From Fibrobacteria bacterium (GTDB taxonomy: Bacteria; Fibrobacterota; Fibrobacteria; UBA11236), in assembly GCA_041746255.1 (NCBI GenBank), contig JBGTHM010000089.1, positions 1-38,435 of the forward strand: a stretch of 38,435 bases of DNA. The letters run 5' to 3'. The notes beneath the pieces were generated by a model. That model saw only the letters and a list, made by a program, of their open reading frames with translations, searched no databases and was not told the origin of the DNA. Shown piece by piece: positions 8,643 to 18,675 of this stretch. Every line of letters starts with the position of its first letter. Position 1 is the stretch's first letter. The position numbers and the translations under genes are program-made.

Positions 8643-11162
8643 CTAATATCGGTAGATGATTTTTTCGCCCGTACCCACATCCCTTCCTACCGCAAATTCA
8701 GCACTGCCATCAATTGCGAAAAATAATTCTTCAAATTTTCCACCACCCTCTACGATTTCTTTTGTAGGGGTGGTTTCGAATCCATCATTGGTAAAGAAAC
8801 AATCGCCGGAAGCGTTTAGTATCCACCCAGAAGTACCACTATACATCCGGATTTCCTTCGGTTGCATGGATTCGGCATTGGGAAGGCGCTTGATTTGGGG
8901 CAAAGTCGAGGCGCCATCAACTCGGTATAGATTACTTAAATTGGGGTCAAGTAGATATGCTGTATTGCCTTCCCCATTGTCTAATTCCAATTTTGATATT
9001 CCACTAGGAATCGCTACCCAGTTATCAATAAGTGCGTTAAGCGTCGTTCTAGAGTAACGAAATTGCACACTGGACTGGCCGATAATCGGGTTGCTTAAGG
9101 CAAAAATACCAGTGACATCCGGTAGAATTTTTAAGTTGATCCAGCGGATGCACTCTGTGCTACTTTGCCACACTTGAGTTTTGTTAAACCATAGTGCTGA
9201 CCCGCAACCTCCTTGATTTGCACCACTCACGGCAGAATAAATTTCGTTTTCCGCTCGCACTTGCCAAAGCCTCGCATTCGCATGAAATGTTGTATCAAGG
9301 CGGTTGGTTGGAATATCGAACAAGCCGCCTTGTCCATTAAAATTCGCTAAAAATTTAGAACCTCGGATTTCAATTTCCGTCCTTGATGATAGGTCGGAAC
9401 CCAAGGACAAGGTTGTTCTAACCCATGATGGATTGCTGGAAAGCAAGTTAATTTGTTCTAAGTAACCTGGGCCAACCCTTTGGATTCTGTATAAAATGTT
9501 TTTAGTTGTCGCCACGATATTGTTTTGCCTGTTATGTAAGGTATCTCCGAAATGTATTGAGTTAATTTTCGTTACCTGTCTCCATATACGCGGCGAAATA
9601 GACAGGGTCCAGGAAGTATCGCTGAATAATTGGCCTGAAGCCACCTGAGCTTGAATTTGAATTTCACTAAAGGGCTTAAATTGGTTTCTATCAGCCAGCC
9701 ATTGGATTTTGCCGTCCGTTATTGTCATCCCCTTCGGCGCTATTTTTAACGAAATTGAAACCGGATCTCCATCGGGATCATTAGCTTGAATCAATGATGT
9801 GTAGATTGTACCAAGCTCAACCTCACTATCTTTTGGCACCACCGTAAACACCGGCGGCCTATCCACCTTACCCACGGTAATGCTAATCGTCTTCTCATCC
9901 GTCAGCCCCGCAGCATCCTTCGCAGCGAAGGTTATGCTATAACTCCCCGCCTGCCCGAAATCCGGGGTCCAGGAAAACACCCCGTCCAGAAACGAAGCCC
10001 CCTGGGGAATATTCGTCGCCGTCAGCGACGGCGTTTCCCCGTCCGGGTCCGAGGCCGTAACGGTGAATTCCAGTTTCTGGCCTTCGTCCACTTGCTTGTT
10101 TGTCAAAGGCCCCAACACCGGAGGGTCATTGACCGGCTTCACCGTGATTCGTACCGTGGCGGGATCGCTGTCCAGTTCGCCGTCATTGGCTTTAAGGACC
10201 AAGCTGTCCTTCCCGAAGAAATTCGCTTCGGGCTTATAGTTGACCAAAGGCCCATCGCCTGTCAAAGTTCCGTTTTTCGGCGGTGATACCAAAATCCATG
10301 TCAGTGAGTCGCCGTCGGGGTCGCTACCTGTCAGGGTGATTTCCAGGCTCTCGTCTTCCAGCATTTCCAATGTCTGTGAATTTGCGATGGGCTTTCGGTT
10401 GCTCCCGTCTATAATAAGCGTTACTGTAGCTTCGGCTTTTCCGCCCTTGCCGTCGCTTACGCTATAGGTGAGGCTGTCGCGGCCTTTGAAGTTGGGGTTT
10501 GGCGTATAAGTCAGCTCCGGCGCGGTTCCGGTGAGTTGGCCGTGATGGGGGCCGCTTTCGATTTTCCAGGTTAGCGCATCGCCATCGGGGTCTTCCGCTT
10601 CCAATGTTATGCTCAGGGCTTTATCGCGTTCGCCGGAGAGGGATTGCGGGAGCGCTATGGGGGCAGTGTTGGTTTTTACGTTATCCGGTCCTGGACCTGG
10701 GGTTTTCGTAGTGTCCACTCCAGGGTTCTGGGTTTGGGTGGTGTCGGGTCCTGGTACTATTGGTGTTTCCGTGACGACCTCTTTTCCTGGGGTGGCCGCT
10801 ATTTGCGGGCCGGAAACGGAGTAGGTTTTCAGGAAGTGGTTTTCTTTATCATTGCTTCGAAACGCTTTAATCTCGACTTCGAAAGTGTCTTTGTATCCCG
10901 CGGGGAGATCGAAAAGCGCTGCCGGAGAGGTTTCATTCAATTTGTTGTCGAAAAGTAGGGTAGTGGCCCCGCTTTCGGGGTTGGAAAGTATGATGACTAG
11001 GCTGTCGTATCCATCCTGTTTTAAGGATTCGACGATGGGCCGGAAATCCAATCCGCCATCTTTTTCCGTTTCCTGCACTCGGCAGTTCAAAGTCATCAAA
11101 GCCGAGAGTAACAGAGCGAAGCAGCCGACCACCCCTTTCAAATTCAATTTTCGTCGGGTCAT
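8643..11162 (-). CDS. Lipoprotein with tandem Ig/cadherin-like repeats and a low-GC C-terminal domain
   Basis: Lipobox-like MTLNC; Pro/Thr linker; four repeats carrying DPDG(D/E) and N/D-x-x-P linkers; GGGAGG RBS. Confidence 0.8.
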   Translation of the reverse strand: MTRRKLNLKGVVGCFALLLSALMTLNCRVQETEKDGGLDFRPIVESLKQDGYDSLVIILSNPESGATTLLFDNKLNETSPAALFDLPAGYKDTFEVEIKAFRSNDKENHFLKTYSVSGPQIAATPGKEVVTETPIVPGPDTTQTQNPGVDTTKTPGPGPDNVKTNTAPIALPQSLSGERDKALSITLEAEDPDGDALTWKIESGPHHGQLTGTAPELTYTPNPNFKGRDSLTYSVSDGKGGKAEATVTLIIDGSNRKPIANSQTLEMLEDESLEITLTGSDPDGDSLTWILVSPPKNGTLTGDGPLVNYKPEANFFGKDSLVLKANDGELDSDPATVRITVKPVNDPPVLGPLTNKQVDEGQKLEFTVTASDPDGETPSLTATNIPQGASFLDGVFSWTPDFGQAGSYSITFAAKDAAGLTDEKTISITVGKVDRPPVFTVVPKDSEVELGTIYTSLIQANDPDGDPVSISLKIAPKGMTITDGKIQWLADRNQFKPFSEIQIQAQVASGQLFSDTSWTLSISPRIWRQVTKINSIHFGDTLHNRQNNIVATTKNILYRIQRVGPGYLEQINLLSSNPSWVRTTLSLGSDLSSRTEIEIRGSKFLANFNGQGGLFDIPTNRLDTTFHANARLWQVRAENEIYSAVSGANQGGCGSALWFNKTQVWQSSTECIRWINLKILPDVTGIFALSNPIIGQSSVQFRYSRTTLNALIDNWVAIPSGISKLELDNGEGNTAYLLDPNLSNLYRVDGASTLPQIKRLPNAESMQPKEIRMYSGTSGWILNASGDCFFTNDGFETTPTKEIVEGGGKFEELFFAIDGSAEFAVGRDVGTGEKIIYRY

Positions 11163-11188
11163 GGTTTGTCCTCCCTCATTCGAATCCC

Positions 11189-11803
11189 TTACTCAAATAC
11201 GCGTGGCGGAGCTTGCTTGACTTCCGGCTCTTGGGAAAGAATCACGTAAGTGGCGACGGCGCCGGCCACGCCTACGCCCCCTAGCGTCCAAAGCGCCCAC
11301 TTTTTGCGGTTGTTCGGCTGCTTCTCGGTCGGAGGCGCCTTCGGCTCAGACGGGTTGGCATGGCCCGCTCTCTCTTTCGCCAGCAATTGTTGTTTCTCGT
11401 AGCGTTCTTTGACCGTAGCGAAAATGCCCTCGATTTTATCGGAGATATACATGTCATGCAGGTGGGCCGATGGCTGAACCCTGAGAAGCTGGTACATGTA
11501 GCTTTCGCCCTTATTTTGCGTTTCGGGCCGGGAGGCGTAAATCACTGCCAGGTACTTGTAAAGAAATAGACTGTCTTCTTTTGCGTATGCGCGTTGGCTG
11601 CTGCGGAAGCTCTCCAAGGGTTGGAGGGCCCGCTCGAAATCTCCTTCGAAATAGAACCGGCTGATGGCTTCCTTGTCTAGCGAGCCATCCGCTTTCAGAC
11701 CTTCAAGAGCCAGGCAGGGCAGAGTGGCTAACAGCAGAATCGCGAATAGGGCTGGGTGAGGGGAAAAGGCGTGGCGGGGCGCATGTTTAGTTTTTTTAGC
11801 CAT
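11189..11803 (-). CDS. Exported helical (TPR-like) protein with C-terminal hydrophobic segment
   Basis: Signal-like LFAILLLATLPCLA; helical YFEGDFERA...LYKYLAVIY; WALWTLGGVGVAGAVATYVIL segment; 26 bp upstream of the lipoprotein gene. Confidence 0.65.
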   Translation of the reverse strand: MAKKTKHAPRHAFSPHPALFAILLLATLPCLALEGLKADGSLDKEAISRFYFEGDFERALQPLESFRSSQRAYAKEDSLFLYKYLAVIYASRPETQNKGESYMYQLLRVQPSAHLHDMYISDKIEGIFATVKERYEKQQLLAKERAGHANPSEPKAPPTEKQPNNRKKWALWTLGGVGVAGAVATYVILSQEPEVKQAPPRVFE

Positions 11804-12037
11804 GTGGGGGCTCAAGGGTTCGGGCAACGGGCCAGCGAGCGAGACTTTAGTTACGGGTATTTATTTAGGAATCCATACCGCGGGATCACAGGGTTTCCGG
11901 GGGATAAAAGGGAGAGAGCGCCGCCAAACCCCTATTTTGAACCTCTCGGGCTGCAACAGTCACTAATCTGGAACCCATAGAATATCCAGGTTTCGGAACC
12001 TCCGAGGGCCTTGGGGTAAAAACAGGTGGAACAGCTT

Positions 12038-15000
12038 ATGCCAACAGTCAATAACCTACGCGCAGCCCTTGCCCTGATACTCGGCGCGACCGCATTCGTT
12101 TCGGCCGCGACGTTCACCGTTTCCAAAGATGGCCGGGGCGCCTATTCCACTATTAATGCCGCCCTGCAAGTCGCCGGGCCGGGTGATATCATTGAAATTC
12201 TCGACGCGGCGGTGTACGCCGAACAGGTAACCATAGACAGCACTAAAAACGGGCTCACTCTGCGTTCCAGCAATCCTCTGGCGCTGCGCAAGCCCACCAT
12301 CCGGTTTCAGGATAATCAAAACCAGGGTCCGCGCACTTGCCAGGAAGCGCTCGTTCCCGCGAATATCACCTTCGACCAGAACGGCGCCTTACGTCTCCTC
12401 CGGGTGCGCAACGTAACCATAGACGGCATCGGCGTGGATGGGGTAGCCCCCAGTCCCTTCGGCCATGCGGGCGTTTGGGGAAATGGCGTCGATTGTAACG
12501 GACAAAAGCATCCCTTGTTCCATGGCAATGGAGGCATTGCCATTTACGTTTCCGGTAACATCACCGTTCGCAACAGCGACATTTCCAACGCCTATTTCGG
12601 GATCTCCGTCAAAGACCGCAACGAAGGCGGCATCTTCGCCAATGTCAATCCGGCCGATTTGGAAAAATCCAACGTGGTTCCGCTTTCCGGATTCGGAAAA
12701 ACCGGAAACCATGTCTTCGAAAAGAATCGCATCCACCATAACTCCTGGGCTTTCTTTTTCGAATCCTCGTGGGATTTGGGGTCCATCGCGCGCTACAATC
12801 TCATTTACGAAAACCACCACCCCTCCCCCCAGGCAGCGGCCGCGGTAAAGGCCCTGCCCGACGGATCCCACCAACCCGGCGGCGCTTTCCTGTTCAAAGA
12901 CGTGATGTTGAGCCCCATGGCGATTTACAACAATACCTTCTGGCATAACTTCGTCCTTTTCGCAGGTGGATACCGGCCGGGGGCGCAACACCTTATCTTC
13001 AATAACATCTACGCCAAGCCCAAGGAATATCTCTCCCAAAGCGCCTCCTTTTCCAATCCGTTCCATATCCTCGATCCGTATTTCGTCAATCGCATGCACC
13101 ATTCCATTTATGCCGCGCAAATTGAAGCGCCGCAAATGCAAACCCAATCCGTCCGGGCCCAGGAATATGATCAAACCCTGCAGCAGCAGGTGGTCAAGGA
13201 TTCCCTGGTGCCCATATACCGCTCGGTGCGCATCATGAACAATATGGGCAACGTGGCCCAAGGGAACATGACCGTCGACATAACCTTGCCAATGTCGAGC
13301 GGTCCGTTGGTCAAGCCCACGACCGTCAATTCGGTCAACCTGCCGGGCGGCCTTATCGGAAGCGGCACGCAAGCCTTTCCCGCCTCGGCCAACGTGCGTT
13401 GGTATGAGATCCAGTTCAAGTCGACCGACCCGGAAAGCCCGGATTTCCTGACTCCCGACTGGGACAACGAAGTGGTCAAGCAATACGTGAAGAACGGCGG
13501 ATGGCCCGCGGCGGGCATTTACAATTCCGATGGAAAGGTCGCCGATATCGGGGCCATACCCTCGGTGGCACGGCATACGGACGACTATCGCGTCAGTCCC
13601 TTGTCCCCCGTGATAATCAATGGAACGGTGGCAACGCTTACCTTCGACCTCTCGGGATTGCAGGGACAGATGACCGCTCCCAAAATCAAATACATCCGGT
13701 TGGTAAGAGGCATACCCGTTGATCTCGATGGTTTCGGAGGAAAACCGACGATGGTGGTGCCGACACCCGAGGTCGTCAACCCCTCGGCCACGACTTTACA
13801 GCTGGGTGGCAATACCCTGACCGTATCCGGATTCGCGCCGATCACCGAGAATTACGCTTTCTTTGAAATCATCGTGGAGGGAACAGGGTCCAATGGACAA
13901 CCCGTCACCACCAATGTAGGCTTTCTACCCTATCGTAAGCTCGATTACCGATTCTTGGTGGAAGTCTATGACGTCAACGGTACCACGAAGCTGGACGAAG
14001 TGACGGCGGGTCAACCCGTCCGTCTACGCATCACTCCGCAAAACAATGACGGATCGCTTTTCAACAACCCCATCAACCCCGTGGAAGTGAATCTGAACTC
14101 GGGCCACCAACTCTTGGTTCCCACCCAGCCGCCGGTTCCGCTGAACCTGACCGAAGTACTCGGCATCGTCAACCAAGCCGTCACATTCACGAAAGTTCCC
14201 TCCGGAGGCGTTGAATACGTCACCGTATCGGGCTTATGGCGGAACAACAATCAAAGCCAGGCCTTTTTCGGAGCTTCCGAAGGCATCCGTGTCTTACCCG
14301 GTCCACCGGAAAAAGTCGTCTTCCAAACGCCACCTTCCAAAGTGGTGAATCCCGCCGTCTTGCCGACGGTTATCGATCCGGGAACGCTTTTCGACGTGGA
14401 GCTGCAAGTCTTGGACGCATACGGTAATGTGACCAATCAGCCGGGAGAAGTTTCCCTAGTCAGCGATAAACCCAACGTAGGCGATGTCGAAGGGCCCGCA
14501 TCCGCTACCAGCGACAACCTCGGCGCGGTACGCTTTCAAGCCAAGGTGACCAACGGTAATCTTGATGAAATTTTCACGCTTGCCGCCACGCTCAAAGACA
14601 AAAATACGGATACGGGCGAATTGAAAGTCGGGCAGGCCCGAGATAAATTGTGGTTTTTATATTCCGACGTGGCGGCCTACAATCCCGCGGTCGAATTGCG
14701 CGGAATAGCCGGCGAACGTAGTCCGATAACCGTTCGTCTCAGCCACAACGGGACCGCCGTCATCGCCAAAAGCGTCGTCTTTCAAATCTCTTCGAAATCG
14801 GGGCAATTGCGCTTCTATGGCAGCGCGGATGCCGCCAACCCTGCGACGGAATTCACCTTGGGAGCGAATGGGGAAGTGCAAATCTGGGTGACCTCCACCG
14901 TCGATGTTACGGACGACACTCTTTTCGCGCAGCCTACGACGGATAACACGGTATTGGGAGGATCGCGCGGCAAAGTCTTCTTCGAACGCAAGCTGCTTTC

Positions 15001-16213
15001 GGTCAAAAGCGCGACATACTATGCCGACAACGGATTAGGAGCCGTGGACCGGGTGGAGATTTATTTCCAGGAAGCGTTACGGTCTACACCCGATAAATTC
15101 GAGTTCGCATGGCCAGCCGCGGATTCGGAAAAGCGAATCGCTGAAGGCGCAGCCATCAAGGTGAATCCCGCCGACCCTACCCATTACACCATCACCTTGA
15201 GCGACCCCTTTACCGCCGGGATAACCAGTGGTTCCGCTACCGCCCAGTTGGGCCGGGTATTCACCGCGACATCGGGAGAATTACCCGGAGATACGCTCGG
15301 ATTTACGATAGCGGATGCCGTGGGCCCGCTTATCACCTCCGCTCAGGTTCTCGAGAAATTCGAGCCCGGGGACGACACGCTTTTTGTAAAATTCAGCGAG
15401 CCGATAAACCTGGCTGCGTTGGCGGGAAATTCCCTGACCCTTATCAAGAACGGTACCCAGCTGCAATTAAACGTCCTGGATGCGCAAGGTACGCCCGATA
15501 GCGCCCGCATAGCGGTTACCGATTTAGGAGCGAATGCTCCGACGCTGGGAGACAGCCTGAAATTTACCGCCAACGGTCCGGCTGCCGATGCCATTGGGAA
15601 TAAAGCTCATCCCGACAATCGCCCCGTGGCGCTCGAGCTCAAGCACAAGCCGCGCCCGGCCGTGTTGAATTTGACTTGGGACCATACCCATCTCAAAACG
15701 GAAGGGCAACAGCAACGTCCGGGGTTTATGGTACTCACGCCCAATCCCGGCAATACCTGGGAATCCGTGCTCGGCAGCGTTAACGGCCTAGCCCGGCCCT
15801 GCAACGAAGTCGGTTGCGGTGCGACGCTCGAAGCCGACCCGCAAGGCCGCCTCAATTGGCCCGCCTTAACTATCGAAACCGATCGAGCCGTCAAGTTCCA
15901 GCTTTTCATATTCGACAACCTGGGTAATTACGTCAACGATTTTTCGGGTGAAATCACCGACGCCCAATTAGGATTGGATGAAAACGGGCGTCCCACCGGC
16001 AGTTCCATGGGAGGCCTGTTTCGAAAAACGGATCCGACTGGGAATTACTCCATCAAAATCGCCTGGAATCCCATCGCCCGGAGCGGACAGAAGGCAGGTA
16101 CAGGCGCCTATGTGGCGCGTATCATCCTGACCTCCCGCACCCAAAACGAGGCCGGCCAGGCTACCAATACCGAAACCAAAAAGGCGATTCGCTTCGGTTT
16201 GTATCGCCCTTGA
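12038..16213 (+). CDS. Large secreted multidomain protein: right-handed beta-helix (pectin-lyase-like fold), Ig-like domains and FlgD-like C-terminal tail
   Basis: Signal peptide ending VSA-A; YSTINAAL...GPGDIIEI...YAEQVTI start; Asn-rich repeats (EKNRIHHN, RYNLIYEN, YNNTFWHN, FNNIY); tail IFDNLGNYV...WNP...GTGAYVARI. Confidence 0.7.
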   Translation: MPTVNNLRAALALILGATAFVSAATFTVSKDGRGAYSTINAALQVAGPGDIIEILDAAVYAEQVTIDSTKNGLTLRSSNPLALRKPTIRFQDNQNQGPRTCQEALVPANITFDQNGALRLLRVRNVTIDGIGVDGVAPSPFGHAGVWGNGVDCNGQKHPLFHGNGGIAIYVSGNITVRNSDISNAYFGISVKDRNEGGIFANVNPADLEKSNVVPLSGFGKTGNHVFEKNRIHHNSWAFFFESSWDLGSIARYNLIYENHHPSPQAAAAVKALPDGSHQPGGAFLFKDVMLSPMAIYNNTFWHNFVLFAGGYRPGAQHLIFNNIYAKPKEYLSQSASFSNPFHILDPYFVNRMHHSIYAAQIEAPQMQTQSVRAQEYDQTLQQQVVKDSLVPIYRSVRIMNNMGNVAQGNMTVDITLPMSSGPLVKPTTVNSVNLPGGLIGSGTQAFPASANVRWYEIQFKSTDPESPDFLTPDWDNEVVKQYVKNGGWPAAGIYNSDGKVADIGAIPSVARHTDDYRVSPLSPVIINGTVATLTFDLSGLQGQMTAPKIKYIRLVRGIPVDLDGFGGKPTMVVPTPEVVNPSATTLQLGGNTLTVSGFAPITENYAFFEIIVEGTGSNGQPVTTNVGFLPYRKLDYRFLVEVYDVNGTTKLDEVTAGQPVRLRITPQNNDGSLFNNPINPVEVNLNSGHQLLVPTQPPVPLNLTEVLGIVNQAVTFTKVPSGGVEYVTVSGLWRNNNQSQAFFGASEGIRVLPGPPEKVVFQTPPSKVVNPAVLPTVIDPGTLFDVELQVLDAYGNVTNQPGEVSLVSDKPNVGDVEGPASATSDNLGAVRFQAKVTNGNLDEIFTLAATLKDKNTDTGELKVGQARDKLWFLYSDVAAYNPAVELRGIAGERSPITVRLSHNGTAVIAKSVVFQISSKSGQLRFYGSADAANPATEFTLGANGEVQIWVTSTVDVTDDTLFAQPTTDNTVLGGSRGKVFFERKLLSVKSATYYADNGLGAVDRVEIYFQEALRSTPDKFEFAWPAADSEKRIAEGAAIKVNPADPTHYTITLSDPFTAGITSGSATAQLGRVFTATSGELPGDTLGFTIADAVGPLITSAQVLEKFEPGDDTLFVKFSEPINLAALAGNSLTLIKNGTQLQLNVLDAQGTPDSARIAVTDLGANAPTLGDSLKFTANGPAADAIGNKAHPDNRPVALELKHKPRPAVLNLTWDHTHLKTEGQQQRPGFMVLTPNPGNTWESVLGSVNGLARPCNEVGCGATLEADPQGRLNWPALTIETDRAVKFQLFIFDNLGNYVNDFSGEITDAQLGLDENGRPTGSSMGGLFRKTDPTGNYSIKIAWNPIARSGQKAGTGAYVARIILTSRTQNEAGQATNTETKKAIRFGLYRP

Positions 16214-16249
16214 AAATTATCCCCTTATCCACTTCGAAGGACTTATTGC

Positions 16250-18658
16250 ATGCAGTACGGATACTTTGACGACGCCAACAAGGAATACGTCGTCACCAAT
16301 CCTAAAACACCCATTAAATGGATCAATTATATCGGATCTCTCGAGTTCGGGGGATTCGTCGATCATACCGGCGGCTTGCTCCTGTGTAAGGGCGATCCCG
16401 CGCTCAACCGGATAGTCAAATACCTTCCCCAACTCCCCGCCTCCGAATTCAAGGGCCATACCTTATACCTGCGTACCCCTGAGGGTAAGGGCTTCAAGGT
16501 GTTCTCCCCGTTTTTCGTACCTACTTTGGAAATGCCCGAAGCATTTTCCTGCCGGGTCGGCCTGGGTTATACCCGGTTCGTATCCGAAATAAGGGGCTTC
16601 AAGGTGGAAGTCACTTTGTTCGTTCCCCCGGGCGAATATGTCATGGTCGAAGACGTGCGCGTCACCAACATTTCCTCCGCGCCCATCGAGCTCGACCTCA
16701 TCCCTGTCGTCGAGTACACGCATCCCGATGCCTTGAAGCAATTCACCAATGCCGACTGGGTGCCGCAAACCATGCAAAGCCATCTTGAAGTTGACGCCAA
16801 AGGCAATAAGCTATTGACCCAGGCGCCGTTCATGCACGCCACTACCCAGGTTAATGTTCTCGCTTCCAGTTGGCCGGTGGATTCTTTCGAATCCGATCGT
16901 CGTCACTTTCTAGGCGATAACGAATACGGCACCTGGGCGTCTCCCCTAAGCTTACAGGCCCCGGAATTGGGCAATCACCAGGCGCTGCGAGGCGACAACA
17001 TCGGCGCGCTGTTGCTCAAACTCGGAAGTATCGAACCCGGAGAGACGCGACGCCTGACCGTCATGCTCGCCCAGGCCAAAAGCGCCACGGAAGCCGCTCC
17101 CTTGCTGGAACGATACCGAAATTTCGGAAACGTGGACCAGGGACTCTTACGCATGGCGACCTTATGGGAGGAATATCTTTCCCATCAGCAGGTGAAGACT
17201 CCCGACGCGAACCTGAACAGCATGATCAACGTGCACAATCCCCGGCAATGCTATATCACCAAGAACTGGTCGCGCGACTTGTCGCTGTACCAACTGGGCT
17301 TCGGAGGCCGGGGCATCGGATTCCGCGACAGCTCGCAGGATGTAATGGGCGTGCTCCAGAACATACCCGAAGAGGGACGGGAGCTGATGGAAAAACTATT
17401 ACAAGTGCAGCGTCGCGATGGATCGGCCATGCATCAGTTCTACGCCTCGACCATGGAAGCCAGCGCCGGAGACGCGCGCGAACGTGAAGACAGGCCGCAA
17501 TACTATGGCGACGATCACCTTTGGGCGGTATTGGCCGTATGCGCTTATCTTGCGGAGACGGGTAACATGGCTTTCCTGAGAAAAGAACTGCCGTATTACG
17601 AGAAGGGCGCGAAGGGCGTACCTTTGGAGCAGGGTAGCGTGATGGACCACCTCCGAAGGGCTTTGAGTTTTACTCACGAAAATACCGGAAGACACGGCCT
17701 TCCGCTTTTGGGATTCGCCGATTGGAACGACACCGTCAATCTCGCGACCGGCGCCGAATCGTTGTTCGTGGCCAATTTATACGGCAAGGCCCTCTTGGAA
17801 ATGACGGATTTATGCGACTATCTGGGCGAAAAGGAACAGGCGAACCAGTATCGTTCGTGGTATGTCGAGATGAAAGACAGCGTCAATCGCCACGCCTGGG
17901 ACGGGGAATGGTATGTCCGGTATTTCGACTGGGACGGAGCCGCCATCGGTTCCAAAACCAATCGCGAGGGACAGGTTTGGGCCAACGGCCAGTCGTGGCC
18001 GGTCATCTCCGGATTCGCCACCCCGGAACGGGCGCAATCGGCTCTTGAGACTGTCAAGCAGCGTCTGAATACGCCCAATGGAATCAAGTTGAGTGCGCCG
18101 GGATATAACGCTTACGATCCGGCCAAGGGAGGCGTGACCACGTATCCACCTGGAGCCAAGGAGAACGGCGGTATTTTCTTGCACGCCAATCCTTGGGTGA
18201 TCATCGCCGAAACCCTGGTCGGCAACGGCGATCGCGCCTTCGAATATTACAACCAAATCAACCCAGCCGCCAAAAACGACAGCATCGACAAATTCGAGTG
18301 CGAGCCCTATGTCTATCCTCAGAACATCCTGGGAGACGAACATCCCCAGTTCGGACTGGCGCGCAATAGTTGGCTTTCCGGGACGGCGTCGTGGTGCTAT
18401 CAAGCCGCCACCAAATATATCTTAGGCGTGTTGCCGACCTATGCGGGACTGCGTATCAATCCCTGTATTCCCAAAGCGTGGAAGACGTTCACCGTAACCC
18501 GTCAGTTTCGCGGCGCCGAATATCAAATCCAGGTATCCAATCCCGACGGAGTATCCAAGGGCGTTAAAAGGGTGAGTGTGGATGGAAAAATCGTGGAAGG
18601 CAACCTTATCCCGGTTTTCGAAGGCGGGGTCCATAAGGTCGAGGTTGTGCTGGGTTAG
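16250..18658 (+). CDS. GH94 glycoside phosphorylase (cellobiose/cellodextrin phosphorylase family)
   Basis: MQYGYFDDANKEYVVT N-terminus, GIGFRDSSQD, catalytic DWND, KENGGIFLHANPW, SWLSGTASW; 802 aa; no signal peptide. Confidence 0.95.
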   Translation: MQYGYFDDANKEYVVTNPKTPIKWINYIGSLEFGGFVDHTGGLLLCKGDPALNRIVKYLPQLPASEFKGHTLYLRTPEGKGFKVFSPFFVPTLEMPEAFSCRVGLGYTRFVSEIRGFKVEVTLFVPPGEYVMVEDVRVTNISSAPIELDLIPVVEYTHPDALKQFTNADWVPQTMQSHLEVDAKGNKLLTQAPFMHATTQVNVLASSWPVDSFESDRRHFLGDNEYGTWASPLSLQAPELGNHQALRGDNIGALLLKLGSIEPGETRRLTVMLAQAKSATEAAPLLERYRNFGNVDQGLLRMATLWEEYLSHQQVKTPDANLNSMINVHNPRQCYITKNWSRDLSLYQLGFGGRGIGFRDSSQDVMGVLQNIPEEGRELMEKLLQVQRRDGSAMHQFYASTMEASAGDAREREDRPQYYGDDHLWAVLAVCAYLAETGNMAFLRKELPYYEKGAKGVPLEQGSVMDHLRRALSFTHENTGRHGLPLLGFADWNDTVNLATGAESLFVANLYGKALLEMTDLCDYLGEKEQANQYRSWYVEMKDSVNRHAWDGEWYVRYFDWDGAAIGSKTNREGQVWANGQSWPVISGFATPERAQSALETVKQRLNTPNGIKLSAPGYNAYDPAKGGVTTYPPGAKENGGIFLHANPWVIIAETLVGNGDRAFEYYNQINPAAKNDSIDKFECEPYVYPQNILGDEHPQFGLARNSWLSGTASWCYQAATKYILGVLPTYAGLRINPCIPKAWKTFTVTRQFRGAEYQIQVSNPDGVSKGVKRVSVDGKIVEGNLIPVFEGGVHKVEVVLG

Positions 18659-18675
18659 GCCGTAGCGGTCGTTCC

